Assembly (NCBI GenBank): GCA_048537945.1
Contig: CM108484.1
Location: 9,059,785-9,123,784, forward strand
Reading direction: 5' to 3'
Length of the DNA: 64,000 bases
Source of the DNA: Mnemiopsis leidyi
Lineage: Eukaryota
Part shown: positions 1-11,509 of the stretch, piece by piece
Numbering within the stretch: position 1 is the stretch's first letter
Layout of the letters: every line of letters starts with the position of its first letter
The notes under the pieces: model-generated
What the model was told of the DNA's origin: nothing
What the model saw: only the letters and a program-made list of their open reading frames with translations
The model's database searches: none
Translations under genes and position numbers: made by a program

Positions 1-559
1 TGCATTCTGTGGGGGACACACAATTTTTTGTTTTGTAGTGGTGACGAAAGCTAAAGAATCGAACTTTACAACTAACTTATTGCCTGCTGATTGGTCAGTT
101 TGTTCAGGGTGTCATACCCGGAACTTGCTGATCGGGAAGTATGAGCTTACAGTTTCTGCACGACCCAGATGTTACTTAAGATAAGAGACCAAGTAAACTT
201 TTTTTCCCCAATTTTTACTCGACTTCTTTTAATTAATATCTTGGAGCGTTTTTCATGTCAGTAAATTTGTTCATGCCGACATGATGTTTAGTTCAATATC
301 TTGGTCATGCAGTAACGCTAACATTTGTACTCGTGATTATTATATCTTGTCCAATAAAAGAGACAACATGTGCCTATTTGACTTAAACGTGGTGGCGGGT
401 GACTCGTAAATGATCAACTATTACCCGTCAAAAACTTATTAAGAACAATTGTGACAGGGAAGCTTCATTAACGGGCTGTGCTTTGGCTTGAGTAACATGG
501 TTGCTAGCTTGTGGAGACAGTAGGAAGGGGCCCGGAAAAGCTGCACGGCACTCGGGTCC

Positions 560-900
560 TTGGTTTAGCTGTCTCCGCACACTCGCTTCTCTGCTCGTAG
601 CCATGCAGTAGTCACGTGAGCGTTAAGCTGATCACAACACCTGAAATCAAGGCTCTAGATTTAACAAGTCTTCCTGTGCGCATGGTTCTGCTCGCGTGGC
701 AGAGCCATTTGCTGAGCCGGCGTCGCCTATGCATGCCCCCGCCTCTCCGAATTTCGGATGGGTCGCTGGCGACCTATCTGAGTTTGAGGCCGCGCGTGCG
801 GGCTGTGCTGGTTTGGCAGCTGAGCTTGGCGCGCGCAGCGGCTCCGCGCGGCCGATCAAATTTAAGTTTTTGGAAAACCCGAGTGACTTGCCGCCACAAC
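560..900. promoter_or_regulatory. CpG-island-like GC-rich segment with E-box CACGTG (612-617); candidate promoter or non-coding first exon of the ARFGAP gene
   Basis: This is the only CpG-dense stretch in the first 3 kb (many CGCG/GCGC). The ARFGAP ATG exon is preceded by a strong acceptor, implying an upstream 5'-UTR exon. A candidate donor CAC|GTGAGC is at 613. Confidence 0.35.
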
Positions 901-1744
901 GCGTTATGTTTATATATGATATGTTTTGATGTAAAAATAAACCTAAATTTAAATCTTTGTTTACTAAATCTTTGTTTACTGTTTATATGATTACTATATC
1001 CTTTGTTTGGCCCTAGATAGGGTGCCCTAACAAAAGAACTGGATTCTTCCAGGTGGCATACTGTGGCACATTTACTAATTGCTTCATTTTATATATTTTA
1101 AATTATTAACTTATTACCATTATACTAATAATTTTCTGCCATATTTTCGCAAATTGCTCCCTGCAAGGTCTTATAGCTGGGGCACCTTTTTACGGCCAAG
1201 GAGGGCTTTGTTGGCTATACCTACAAGGTTACACCATTTAGGTGTAATTTAATTCTTTCTAAGTCAATGAACCTCTTGGACAATTGCCGAAGCCTTGTAA
1301 GTACAGTGATAAGACTACTCAAGCAACTCTAGATTACATATTTTAATCCTAAAAATGTTAAAAAGGATTTGTCCGGGCACAATGTGTTTAAGGGTTTTAG
1401 ACCTGATCAAGATCACCCCAGGCTTTTAAAGTCATTAGCGCCTGATAATTGTTTTGCTAACTGTTATCTACTCGTATTTTGTACAGTATTGAATGTTGAC
1501 TGTTGGGCTAAATTATTAGCTTTTTAAGTTTCACAGTTTATTACAAGCCTTTTTAGATTTGTGATTATTGTAGTGTTATCATCAACAGTTGACACCTAGT
1601 CCTCAATCTACCCTCACACACACTGACACATGGGTGCAGATTATCATTTGAGATAAACTTTTTAGTTACCGAGAAATTTTCTTTAGTTTGCTTGAGAGGC
1701 AAATCTTTACTATGAGCCCCCCAGTCATTGTTTTACATTTTACT

Positions 1745-2350
1745 TTTTCGGGGCGGAGCTCCAGAAAGTTTTTTTTAATTTGTTTCATAAAGGAAAAATT
1801 GAGGTTTGCTGTTTCGTCCTGGGGGCGAAGCCCCCTAAAATTTTAGGAAAATCACTCGATTAAATAGTCTCAGATAACGAATCTGGCAATAAAGGAAAGG
1901 ATTTACTTCGTTATTTTGTTCTCAGGAGAAACCCTGGATATTTTGGAAATGGAAACTGCAGGCTGCAATTATGTAACGGATAAATTTAAGTCTATGATAA
2001 TTTCAATTCTATTCTAGGGGCGGAGCCCCAGAAAATTTTAGAAAATCATGATTTATCAAGAAGCGAATCTGGCAATAAAGGAACAGATGATCTTCGTTAT
2101 TATGTATGTTCTCGGCTGAAGCCGGATCTTTGGAAACTACAGGCAACAGGCTTCAATTTTGGAACGGCTAAAGCGTATCATTTCAATCTAAAATTCTGGG
2201 GGGAAGCCCCCGAAAATTTTAGAAAAATCATCATTAATTTGTCGCTGACAACGTTTCTGGACATAAAGGAAAGGCTATTCTTGGTTATTTTTTTGAAACT
2301 GACGGCTGCAATTTTCGGACAGCTAAGTTTATCATTTCAATTCTGTTCAA
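1745..2350 (+). repeat. Tandem repeat, ~190-bp unit x 3 (GGGGCGGAGCCCCAGAAAATTTTAGAAAATCA...GAATCTGGCAATAAAGGAA...)
   Basis: Unit starts at about 1822, 2016 and 2198, with a partial copy from 1745. Each unit has the short palindrome GGGGC(G/A)GAGCCCC. Confidence 0.8.
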
Positions 2351-2499
2351 AGAATTTATTGTGACAAACTTATAATGTTGCTTTAAATCAAATTTGGAGC
2401 AAACTCAGAACATTCCAGAAATGAAAATCAAACTTTTTGTTTGATTTGTTGCACGAAAAAATTGGTGCTAAACGATACTGAACATTATTACATTAAACG

Positions 2500-2720
2500 G
2501 TTTGGATCTTTATTCCCCCCATAAAGAACCAATTACCAAACTAAAATTTGAGAAAAATTTCATTTAGTTAGGTTTCAAAGATGTATGACACTTTGATTTT
2601 CCTTTGAAATTTTGTTTCATAAAGAACCAATAACCAAACTAAAATTTGAGAAAAATTTTATATAGTTAGGTTGCAAAGTAGTATGATTTTTCTTTGAAAA
2701 TTTTTGCACGCCAATTTTCA
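2500..2720 (+). repeat. Tandem duplication, ~107-bp unit x 2 (CATAAAGAACCAAT(T/A)ACCAAACTAAAATTTGAGAAAAATTT...)
   Basis: Direct reading. Confidence 0.75.
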
Positions 2721-3162
2721 AGAAAAATTCTTTAGTTTGCTTTCAATTCTTTATGTTCCGAGGGGACCTCAAATCGACCTTTTCTGCAGGGGTGCACTGA
2801 CACCACCCAGCCTAATTATACTGAATGCTCATTTTATCTGTCATCTATAAAAATTTTAAATTATAAATTGAAACTGAATCTTCAGCTGAATACCAATTAC
2901 AAATGATAATTGAAAGCTTCTGTAACAGCAAACTTGTATCTATAATGTCTATTAACCCTATTCATCCAACTAAAGAAAAGTGGTATTTTTGGGCTAACCC
3001 CACTCATCTTTTGTCAATGACAGCATTGCTACATTATGATTGGTCAGACAACTTTTCGCTGTTCAGTTTTACATGGTTTTTTTTAACATCCTCAAGAATT
3101 GCCAGTTCTTTTTGCTCTTTAAATACTCATTTTAAAAACCGTTTTTCTAGCTGATCAGGATC

Positions 3163-3231
3163 ATGGATGCCCCAACAAAAGATGAGATCGACCAGATTTT
3201 TAAGAAGTTGAAGTATGTTGCGGGGAACAAG
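3163..3231 (+). CDS. ARFGAP3: ARFGAP exon 1 (ATG; [23 protein letters not shown])
   Basis: ATG at 3163, donor GTTAGA at 3232. Matches the ARFGAP2/3 N-terminus (M..P.K.DI..IFK.L....NK). A strong acceptor (TTTTTCTAG) 12 nt upstream of the ATG implies an upstream non-coding exon. Confidence 0.75.
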
Positions 3232-6200
3232 GTTAGATAGTTTATGGAGTGAAGTGATATATAAGTTTTGTCTTCTCATGCAGGCTGTCACTGATCCAAT
3301 AGCTTAACTTTGTTTGCTGACATACTTTTTAGAGATTTTCCCCAAATTGTGGAAGAATTTTGTGCCCACCTGCAGGAATCAGGATAAGCATGCCCTTTTT
3401 TTAACCAACTGAACGGGTGACCGACAACTTCACCACAAGATTAGAAGTTCCCACACCCTTCACAGGGTACCCAATCAATCTGACATTTTGCCAGATCTGG
3501 TGATCTTCTGAAACGAAGACTTCACCACAAGATGGGGTGGCCAACTTCACCGCAGATTTCTAAATTGTAGATTGGAGAACATGCCCATGTTGTTGTCCTA
3601 GTGGATTAAGGTTACAAAAAAGGCTTTCAAAATAAAAAATGTTTTATCAAATAGTTACTTCGTATAATTATGATATACTCTTAGATCAGTCAATTCGCAT
3701 TGCCAACTCAAACTTGGGTGACTGACAAAACTTGCATCCCTATAAAATGGCCACTCCAGAAGGTCTTGGAACCTCTCCTAAGTTTGAACCTCTCCTAAGT
3801 TTGAATCACTACTCCACCATTATGGTGGAACCTGACTACCCTGGTACCAGTAACCTTGTGCAAGGTTTCCATCGTTGGACCTCTAACCCGAACTTGTTCG
3901 CTATCTCCACTGATTTTGAGGATCAATCCTCAGCTCTTGAGTATTTGTTCGCCATCGCCAAGTTCTTCCGCCACCTTCTCACTGCACAGCTTGAATTAAC
4001 TGTTGTTTTAAAGTGAGCAATAATTATTAAGTATTTGTATTTGTATTTGTTACACCTGTACCCAGGCTTTTACAGTTATACTGAAGGGGCTCCTGGAAGA
4101 TTCTAGATCTTTTAACGGAGACCCTCCTCATTTAACCCTCAATCACGGTTTCCCGGTCATTCGGCTGAGTCGACCGAAGAAGATTGCATAAGCAAATGCC
4201 CTTAGCGCACTCCTCTAGGATTGGCGGATCTGGGAATTGAACCCCCGACCTTCTGCATAGAAAGTCGGGGTAGATACCAATACACCAGTAACTTTAGACT
4301 TATCTATCATGTAACTGATTACTGATAAACAACAATTTAACTTTGACTTTAACTTGTGTCCACTTTGACTTGTGGTGAAGTTGTCGTTGTGGTGAAGTTG
4401 TCATGTGAAACTTAAAAAGATTAATTGATTGGGTTCCCAATCAATGGATCAAATACCCCTGTCAATCATGTGGTAAAGTTGTCCCGCAGCCAACTGAACT
4501 GATCGTACTATATCCGCCAGAACTATGCATGTTCCATCAAAACAGCTTTATTCTCCTTATCTTAAACATATGAATAAATCTTTGACATCAGAATAAGAAA
4601 GACTCCAAATCCAAGTCATCTGCATCATGTTGCTTACAGTCAAAAAGTGCTTCCTGACTCCAGAGGCCAAGGTTGTGAGATCACCAAAATTTCCACAATA
4701 AGAGTGCTGCAGCCTGTTGCACATTCTTGCCTAGCACATGTTTACATAGTCCAAGCCAAGTGCCTATAACAAGAAGTTAAGCATGCACTTAATCTTTATC
4801 AAGAATTAAATCACTAAGAAGTGATCCTAGGTAGACTCTGAAAAGGACACTGTACTTGAAGTAGGAGTCAGTTGAGGTATTTTCTTTAAGAAGTTTTTAA
4901 GTGCAACAGAGGACATCATCTCTCTAAAGTAACTCAAACCCAAACCAGTCTTTAGCAGAACGTTACTAGGGCCACAAATGAATGAATCTTCTCATTTAAT
5001 CAACAATTAAGTTAAACTACCATACACCATTTTATATATATGAACCTGAAGACGGCTTAATACTATTTTTGCTTTAAAGAAATGCTTTAGTTTACTAGTG
5101 TATTATGTTCTTATCCATTAGTTTCTGAATAACATTTTTTATATCAATTCAGGTGTGTTTTGACTGCAATAAAGTAAATCCTACGTGGTCATCTGTAACG
5201 TTTGGAGTTTTTATATGCCTCGACTGCTCCAGTAAACACAGAAACCTTGGTGTTCATCTATCTTTCGTGAGAAGTATTGATCTTGACAAATGGACTTGGG
5301 TTCAGCTACGGGCTATGCAAATCGGTGGAAATGCAAATGCTGTAAGTATTAGAATTTTTCACTGTTATTTCTTCGATTTTTAAGCACTGTACTGTATGTT
5401 CCTCTACGGTGCTGTACGAAATCTGCTTATCAATTCCAATTTTCAGAAATCATTTTTCGCTGCCAATGGATGCTCAACAAATGATTCAGTTCAAAAATAT
5501 AACAGGTTTGACTTGGCAGCACATTCTTGAACTAGTTGGTGTACCTCATAAATAATCTCATTCCTGCAGTAAAAATAAAGTTTGCTAATAATATTAAAAA
5601 CCATAATATTAAGAACTTGTTAAGTCATAATTTTAATCGATTTTCCATCAAGTTACCACTGACAGTCCATTTTCGTCTATTCTATTCAAACAGTAAACCC
5701 CTGCAATTCTGTGGCCATCCAATCAACAAAACTTGGTCACACATTCCGTTGTGGGCATTGTCTATGCTTGTTTCCCCTATATAATCTTGTTCTTCGAGAT
5801 TTTTCGGGAATCTACTCTAATCTCAATAGCGGCATCATTAAATCCTTAGTCAATATCGGGTATACTTCTAACAACGTTTAGCAGTGATGCAACAGCTCTA
5901 GTGAGGTCCTTTGCTAACAGATTGTGAACTTTAATCAAGTTTTTAATCAAACGATCTGAAAATTATCGTACAAGCCTTGGTTGCTATTCTTATAAACAGG
6001 TAGATGATATTATTTATGAGGCACACTAATTATTTTTTCATTACTAACTGGAAACCCTTTTAGTGTCTTAAAAAGGCAGTTCTTCTGTCCACTATTAATA
6101 TTTTTACGTTAAAATCTATTCTATAAACTTGTTGGTGGAAAGGAGGGATTAAATATTCTCAAAGTGTTGATAACGTTTTTAACGACTAGTAGCAGTATGC

Positions 6201-9200
6201 ATGATATACTAACTCACCAATAGAATTGGAATATCAAAAAGCTGTAAGGTACTTAATATTTCCAGCCGAGCAGCTCGTTTGTATAGAAAGAAGTTGGAAA
6301 ATCAAGCCCAAGAAACGCAACAAAGATTCGGAAAGCAGGTTAATGAAAACGAACAAGCTTACCTTTTCGTTATTTTAAGATAGATAAATATTCTTCTGTT
6401 CAATTAATGAATAACCAGTTAGGGTCAACATTTGAGTATTTGTATTGTATAGTAAAACTACTTTATGCAAGAAGATATGGTTAATACGGTAACCATATCA
6501 TGCATGCGGTGCTCTTATGTTGATTGTAATTATTATCATAAAATAACCTGAAATGTGCCTGGAGTTGTGGAATATTTTGTTATGTTGCAGTTATACAACA
6601 CGCTAAGTAAACAAATAGTGTACAGACTCGTTGCGTGCAGGCTTAATCAGAAATTTAAGTTCCGCTGACTTGAATGAAATTATAGTCATTTTCACGAGTT
6701 TATCTCTCAAAAGTCATTTCTATTTGTAGCACACCCTGCTTCGAACTCTTCCTCTTACGAGGTCCCTGAGTAGCCTCTCAAGTCTGACTTAGGAATCATT
6801 CGTGGCGGTCACTAATTATTTTGTACTTTCCTGGACACGCAATGCTATTATAATGATGTACACTGCGACTAGAACGCTCCTACATGTTGCGCGCATGATA
6901 GATTTATTTTAGCTTCTCATCTTAGCTTCTCATCTTAACATGTTAAATTACGTAACACATTGGATCGTGAGGAACGCACTATTTGAAGTTTGAACCCAGA
7001 CAACTAATGTTTAATTATTGTTCCATGTATGTAATGTACAATTATTGTACCATAGCGGTACGCATAAAGATATTGTTTTTAACTATACATATATTTTCAG
7101 CTTCATTTAGACTCTGCTCCAAAAAGTCCAGAAGTGGTCGAAGTTGATTTCTTTGAAGGGATGCTAGCTCCTAAAGCCACTCCAGGTACTTCAAGAGCCG
7201 AACTGTACTTCATTATTGATCGTTAAGAACGTACCATTGTCGTCAATTCAAAATAAAACCAGTTTTTCAAAACCACTTTGGTTTCATACTTGATAGAACG
7301 ATATTTTGGCATCACAAATTTTTCGTATCTCCAATCGTGTGACCAATGAAGTGTGGGACGGCCACTCATTGTCGAGTTTGAATGATATGGACCCGTCTTC
7401 GAAAAATTCTGTTTTCAAAGTTAAGTATTATCTAAGCGACGTTAAACAAAAACCCCGCAGAACCGGCAGTAATCGCTGCACCTGAACCGATGGTAAAACC
7501 AGAACCTCAACCAACCCTCCAGCCGGCTTTTCAGCCCGCATTCAAGCCAGCACCTCTCAAAAGTAAGAGATATAATAGTTATCTGCTATAATGTTGTTAT
7601 TTTAAGTTTTAACATTATGTATATTAATAGATACAGGAGTCAGAGCAGTTTTCAAAGGTCCCAAAGTCTTACTACTTATTTTCAGCGACCCAGCAATCTT
7701 ATGCTTCATCGCTTACACCAGCAACTGGTTCTTTAGCCAATAAACGTGTTCCTAAAAAGAAAGGAGGGGTAAGATAACTCAACATTATTCTCAAAATATT
7801 TCCTTCAATTCAAGGCCTCCAAATCAAGACCCTATCTTAAATGCTAACTCAAGTAAAAATTTGATTATTTTAGGTCTCCGTTAACTATTGAAAATAAGAA
7901 CTTCACCTGTGACACTGTTTATTTTTAGCTCGGAGGTATGGGTGGTGCTAAGAAAACCTCTAGAAACATCAGCGACATCGAGACGTCTATCGAAACAAAG
8001 AAAGCGGTTGAAAACGAAGCTTCGGTTAGACAAGAGAGTATGGACCGACAAACAGCTATGTAAGCATGGACGATCTATTTGGATGATGATTGCGCTTCAT
8101 TGCGAAGGGGGGAGAGGGAGTTTGACCATGATTAATACGAAGTGAAATTTTGTCCGAAATCTTCCCAATTTTATACCCAAGTCCAATATATATATAATAT
8201 GTACTTTTTAAGGCTAGAAATTTGTTGGTCACATAAAGGGGGGTATAAGACCTTGATTAAGTAATTAGAGGAGAGGGGTAAGGCTATGATTACGCTTGAT
8301 TACAATAGGGCAAACACTGCCCAAATTTTGATTACGTAATATGTGAACGACTCCTAAACTAACGGTCGCCAGGGACATGTTATCACGCGATGTTGAACAG
8401 AAAGCCTCCTTGTCCGCCACAAGAGATCAACCTCACGGTTCTAGCCGGACTTCTAGCGACAGATTAGGTGTGTTTACCTGTCTTTACAATTCGCGTTTTT
8501 TAGTTTTTAGTGTGAGGAACCTCGGGCTTGTGAGTTTTAAACCAGGGTTTTATAAATAACTTTCCTGCAGGTATGGGCATGGGGAGACTGGGAGTTCGAT
8601 CTAATGTCTCACATACTGCTTCAAGTACATCCAAGGTAATCGGTTTTATATCTTATTAGTAACAAACGACACCTTCCTTCATGTTTAAAACTTCCTATCA
8701 TCCAAAATGTCTTTTAAACCTTCAACCCTACTTGGCAGGTTATTGAACAGGAAACTCCAAGCGTCTATGCCAAACAATCTCACACATCGCACATGGACGA
8801 CATAGATGACTACTATGACACATTGGCAGACTTCAGCTCGGTCCTCGGACAGAGTGGGCCTAAGGACTACGATGATTCCAACACTGTCGAAGAAATTCTT
8901 GATCCTAAAACCGCTGCCATGAAACGGTCTGAGAACCACGAAAATTTATTAATTTCGACAGACGTTAATTTTTTTAAAAACGCTTTGTGGTTATTGACAA
9001 GGATTGTATCATTCGTTTTATCGCACATAATATTCTCACTATCAGACACGAGCAAAGAAAAGCAGCTCTTGCAAACGAAGATCGCAGTTCTGGCCCGAAA
9101 ATTCAAGACAAGTATCATAATGCTAAAGCTATATCGTCTGACCAATTCTTCAACCGTGGACATGCAGTTAGTTTATTTCTTCTAAGTTGCATTTTACATT

Positions 9201-10422
9201 GGCACTTTTAGTTTTACAAATGGAAATGATGGATATTTAATCGCGACTTGGTGACGGTGTATTACTAGTTCAAGGAACTCGGCTCAAGGAACATATACCC
9301 AGCCTAAAAACTGTAATTTAAACACAACAGAAAGACTCAAAATTTAATTTTGCAGGCTGAACCAGCTCACGATCCGCACATAAACAACTTCCGGGGTGCG
9401 ACGTCCATCTCGTCAGATCAGTACTTCGGCAGGCCCGCTCCTCCTCAGTGTGAGTTTATCTTTAACTAGCCCAGCCAACTCAAAGAATAAGTATCAAGTT
9501 AAGTGTCTAACCTTGCTGACCGATGTCATTATATATATATATTTGATGGCCCTTAGATGCCAGCCCGGTTAGGGCAATCAATCAAAATCTCATTCTCTGT
9601 CTTTGAATCTGATTGTCCAACGTTTCAGCGAGTACGTATGGAGGATACAGTGGAGGGAACATAAATCTTAACTTCAACACTCCCGACCTGACTAACGTGA
9701 AGGCTAACCTAAGTGAGGGAGCGGCGCGGCTTAGTGGCAAGGTGAGTTGATAGTTTTGTATTCCCCGACTTAACTTGATAGGTAAATTGTAGACATATAG
9801 TTTTTAGTTTTCCACCCTAATCGATTTCTTGCAAACCTGAGCTGCCTGGTTCGTTAAAGCACAGCACATTTGTAAAGAGAAGTACGATTTTGATTCACCT
9901 TGGGATACAGTAATATGGGGTATATTTGTTGATTAAAATCATTACTAGGTGGCTGCCTACGGGCTGAATGTTTACTCTAAATTTAGTCCCATTAAATCAA
10001 AGTAAAGTGAGTCGCATGGCTCAAGCTTAATTGCATTATAGCGCTTTGGGATAAATGATTTTTAACAGTGTAATCACTTGCATGTTCATTGTTAAAGTTT
10101 TGTCACGATTAAATTTTATTCAATGTGTTTTGGGATTTATACGGTCCGATTTTAGTTAACTGCATGGTCGATAAGACTAAGAGCTGAAACATTTTGAATT
10201 TATATTAACTATCTATTTAACTGTAACATCTGCGTTAAAAACCTAATTCGATACTACTTATAGAAACCTAATTCAATACTGCTTTCATCCAATTTAACCC
10301 ATTCGTGCGATGTAAAGGATATAAAACTTCTTGAAGCTTCAATGAAACTCAATCCTAACCTCATTTTTCAGTTGACGGACATGTACTACGCAGCCCAGGA
10401 CAAATTGGAATCGTACAGATGA
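3163..10422 (+). CDS. ARFGAP3: ADP-ribosylation factor GTPase-activating protein 2/3-like gene (15 coding exons; ATG 3163, TGA 10420-10422)
   Basis: Spliced translation follows the ARFGAP2/3 domain order: N-terminal [23 protein letters not shown], a CFDC...C4 ArfGAP zinc finger ending ...[15 protein letters not shown], a lysine/glycine-rich middle region, a [15 protein letters not shown] block, [27 protein letters not shown], and a C-terminal ...QDKLESYR stop. All junctions are GT-AG and intron phases are consistent throughout. Exons: 3163-3231, 5153-5341, 5447-5505, 6266-6338, 7101-7185, 7461-7562, 7686-7768, 7929-8059, 8373-8467, 8571-8635, 8739-8926, 9046-9166, 9356-9449, 9629-9741, 10372-10422. 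Confidence 0.8.
4056..4290 (-). mobile_element. tRNA-derived SINE copy (in ARFGAP intron 1)
   Basis: The reverse complement begins with a tRNA-like head (GGTGTATTGGTATCTACCCCGACTTTCTATGCAGAAGGTCGGGGGTTCAATTCCCAGATCCGCCAATCCTAGAGG: A/B-box-like, GGTTCAATTCC T-arm). A conserved body follows, ending ...CCAGGAGCCCCTTCAGTATAACTGTAAAAGCCTGGGTAC. The same ~235-bp element is at 50525-50745, 53897-54181 and 54190-54415. Confidence 0.8.
5153..5341 (+). CDS. ARFGAP3: ARFGAP exon 2 (ArfGAP C4 zinc finger)
   Basis: Translates to [63 protein letters not shown], the canonical CxxC-x16-CxxC ArfGAP domain. Acceptor ...TTCAG|G, donor GTAAGT at 5342. Confidence 0.9.
5447..5505 (+). CDS. ARFGAP3: ARFGAP exon 3 ([19 protein letters not shown])
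   Basis: Matches ARFGAP2/3 ..FF...GC...D...KYNSRAA. Acceptor TTTCAG, donor GTTTGA. Ends in phase 2, which pairs correctly with exon 4. Confidence 0.75.
6266..6338 (+). CDS. ARFGAP3: ARFGAP exon 4 ([25 protein letters not shown])
   Basis: Continues the family motif NSRAAxxYRxKI. Acceptor TTTCCAG, donor GTTAAT. Phase is consistent. Confidence 0.7.
7101..7185 (+). CDS. ARFGAP3: ARFGAP exon 5 (..[14 protein letters not shown])
   Basis: Acceptor TTTTCAG, donor GTACTT. Contains the DFF motif of ARFGAP3 and the phase links exons 4 and 6. Confidence 0.6.
7461..7562 (+). CDS. ARFGAP3: ARFGAP exon 6 (Pro/Ala-rich linker)
   Basis: Acceptor CCCCGCAG, donor GTAAGA. Reading frame stays open only in the phase required by the flanking exons. 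Confidence 0.6.
7686..7768 (+). CDS. ARFGAP3: ARFGAP exon 7 (...[11 protein letters not shown])
   Basis: Acceptor TTTTCAG, donor GTAAGA. The lysine-rich KKKG motif is conserved in ARFGAP2/3. Confidence 0.65.
7929..8059 (+). CDS. ARFGAP3: ARFGAP exon 8 ([20 protein letters not shown]...)
   Basis: Matches the ARFGAP3 GLGAKKGLGAQKVS..FSEIE region. Acceptor TTTTTAG, donor GTAAGC. The phase requires exon 9 at 8373. Confidence 0.65.
8373..8467 (+). CDS. ARFGAP3: ARFGAP exon 9 (...SSRTSSDRL)
   Basis: Only this exon restores the frame between exons 8 and 10. Acceptor GCCAG|G, donor GTGTGT. Joins to give ..DRL-GMGMGRL, matching ARFGAP3 AERLGMGLVSRSSVSHS. Confidence 0.55.
8571..8635 (+). CDS. ARFGAP3: ARFGAP exon 10 ([21 protein letters not shown])
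   Basis: Acceptor CCTGCAG, donor GTAATC. Conserved GMG..S.VSH motif. Confidence 0.7.
8739..8926 (+). CDS. ARFGAP3: ARFGAP exon 11 ([13 protein letters not shown]...)
   Basis: VIEQETP is identical to human ARFGAP3. Acceptor TTGGCAG. The 3' end is set by phase: the only consistent donor is the weak GTCTGA at 8927, so the 3' boundary is less certain. Confidence 0.55.
9046..9166 (+). CDS. ARFGAP3: ARFGAP exon 12 (..[30 protein letters not shown])
   Basis: Matches ARFGAP3 [29 protein letters not shown]. Acceptor CTATCAG, donor GTTAGT. Confidence 0.65.
9356..9449 (+). CDS. ARFGAP3: ARFGAP exon 13 ([31 protein letters not shown])
   Basis: Second ISSD.F.G repeat, as in ARFGAP2/3. Acceptor TTTTGCAG, donor GTGAGT. 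Confidence 0.7.
9629..9741 (+). CDS. ARFGAP3: ARFGAP exon 14 (...[12 protein letters not shown])
   Basis: Acceptor GTTTCAG, donor GTGAGT. Phase is consistent with exons 13 and 15. Confidence 0.6.
10372..10422 (+). CDS. ARFGAP3: ARFGAP terminal exon ([16 protein letters not shown] stop)
   Basis: Acceptor TTTTTCAG. TGA at 10420-10422. The C-terminal ..QD.YGSY-like ending is typical of ARFGAP2/3. Confidence 0.6.
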   Translation: MTDMYYAAQDKLESYR

Positions 10423-11509
10423 GACTGTAATGTCGTGAGGAAATGTAGGGTTGTAGCTATCAGTATCACTGCAAGTAAATAGGAACTGCATCTTAACATT
10501 GATCCCTTGCATGCTTTTTTTCGTTCAGACTCGCTCTCCGAATGTAAATAATGCAAAAAAACATGAGGGGTTTGTGTTACACAGTTCTAGTCGAGGAGTG
10601 AACCTTTGAAATGAAACGTGTTTCATTTTGATTTAGTGATATTGAGGAATAGCATCGCAATTTCAATCAATTTTTGAAGACTATATCACGTTTGAATAAT
10701 TTGTTTGTTTTTGCTGACTTGATTGAAATTATTAATAGTTTGTTCATTAAAAAATTACTGTGTTAAATGTTAATGACCCAAAACTTTGATTATGCAAGTC
10801 GGAGAATATATTCTAGTAAATTTTAGCACTCTAATATTAGCATTAAAAGTTTCTTATATTTCATTTTCAAAACTTCATGGGTGTTCTGCTGTAAATACGT
10901 ACTTTTGGACAACGTGTTACACCTAAAAATTTTGTAGTTATACGATTCCGAAACAATGCATCATGTTTAATCTTATTTAAACGAAATCTTGTTCAAGGGG
11001 TTAATCTTCTTTGTCTTGGGTTATTTAAAGAATTTTTCTGATCAAGAGTTTCAGCCTGTTTCCTCAGTGTAGTAGAACTTAAGTAACCGCATTAATTCAA
11101 TATTAGTCCATCCCCTCAACTGACTGCAGCATCACAAGTGACCACTTTTAAGCCAATCGTCATAAATTTAATAATTTGTACGTGACCGGGAACCTTTGAA
11201 AGACTTGTATGTAGTCTAAGTTAGATTCGAAAATAAAGAAGAAGAACTATTCCTTATTTTAATGACAAAATATTACAAATCTACAAAATTCACTAAAGCG
11301 TTTCTCAAAATTTACATAAACTGTTTCAATGTCAAACAACTTATATTACACAGAGCATGCATTATTTGACAGTTCACCAAAAATTGGTCGTGATAAAATA
11401 CAGTAAAGTTAAACTACAAACATAAACTCAATCATTGAGTCAATGGCATTGAGTCAATGGCATTCATAAAATCATCAAATCACTCCGAATACTTTTTACA
11501 ATACCTATA

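Noticed and set aside
616-990. Overlapping ORFs on both strands (124 aa +, 70 aa -, 77 aa +)
   Set aside because: This is a GC-rich CpG-island segment, where long stop-free frames arise by chance on both strands. None has similarity to a known protein that I recognise, and the frames overlap each other.
4218-4290. tRNA-like sequences (also at 50525-50595 and 54120-54180) as candidate tRNA genes
   Set aside because: The acceptor stem does not close: the 3' end ...GATCCGCCA is not complementary to the 5' GGTAGTG/GGTGGTG. Each is followed by a conserved ~160-bp SINE body, so these are SINE heads, not tRNA genes.
8793-9185. 130-aa ORF that appears to extend ARFGAP exon 11 by ~90 codons
   Set aside because: Beyond about 8926 the translation loses similarity to ARFGAP2/3. 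The next conserved block ([10 protein letters not shown]) is in a different frame starting at 9046, so the extension is intronic read-through.
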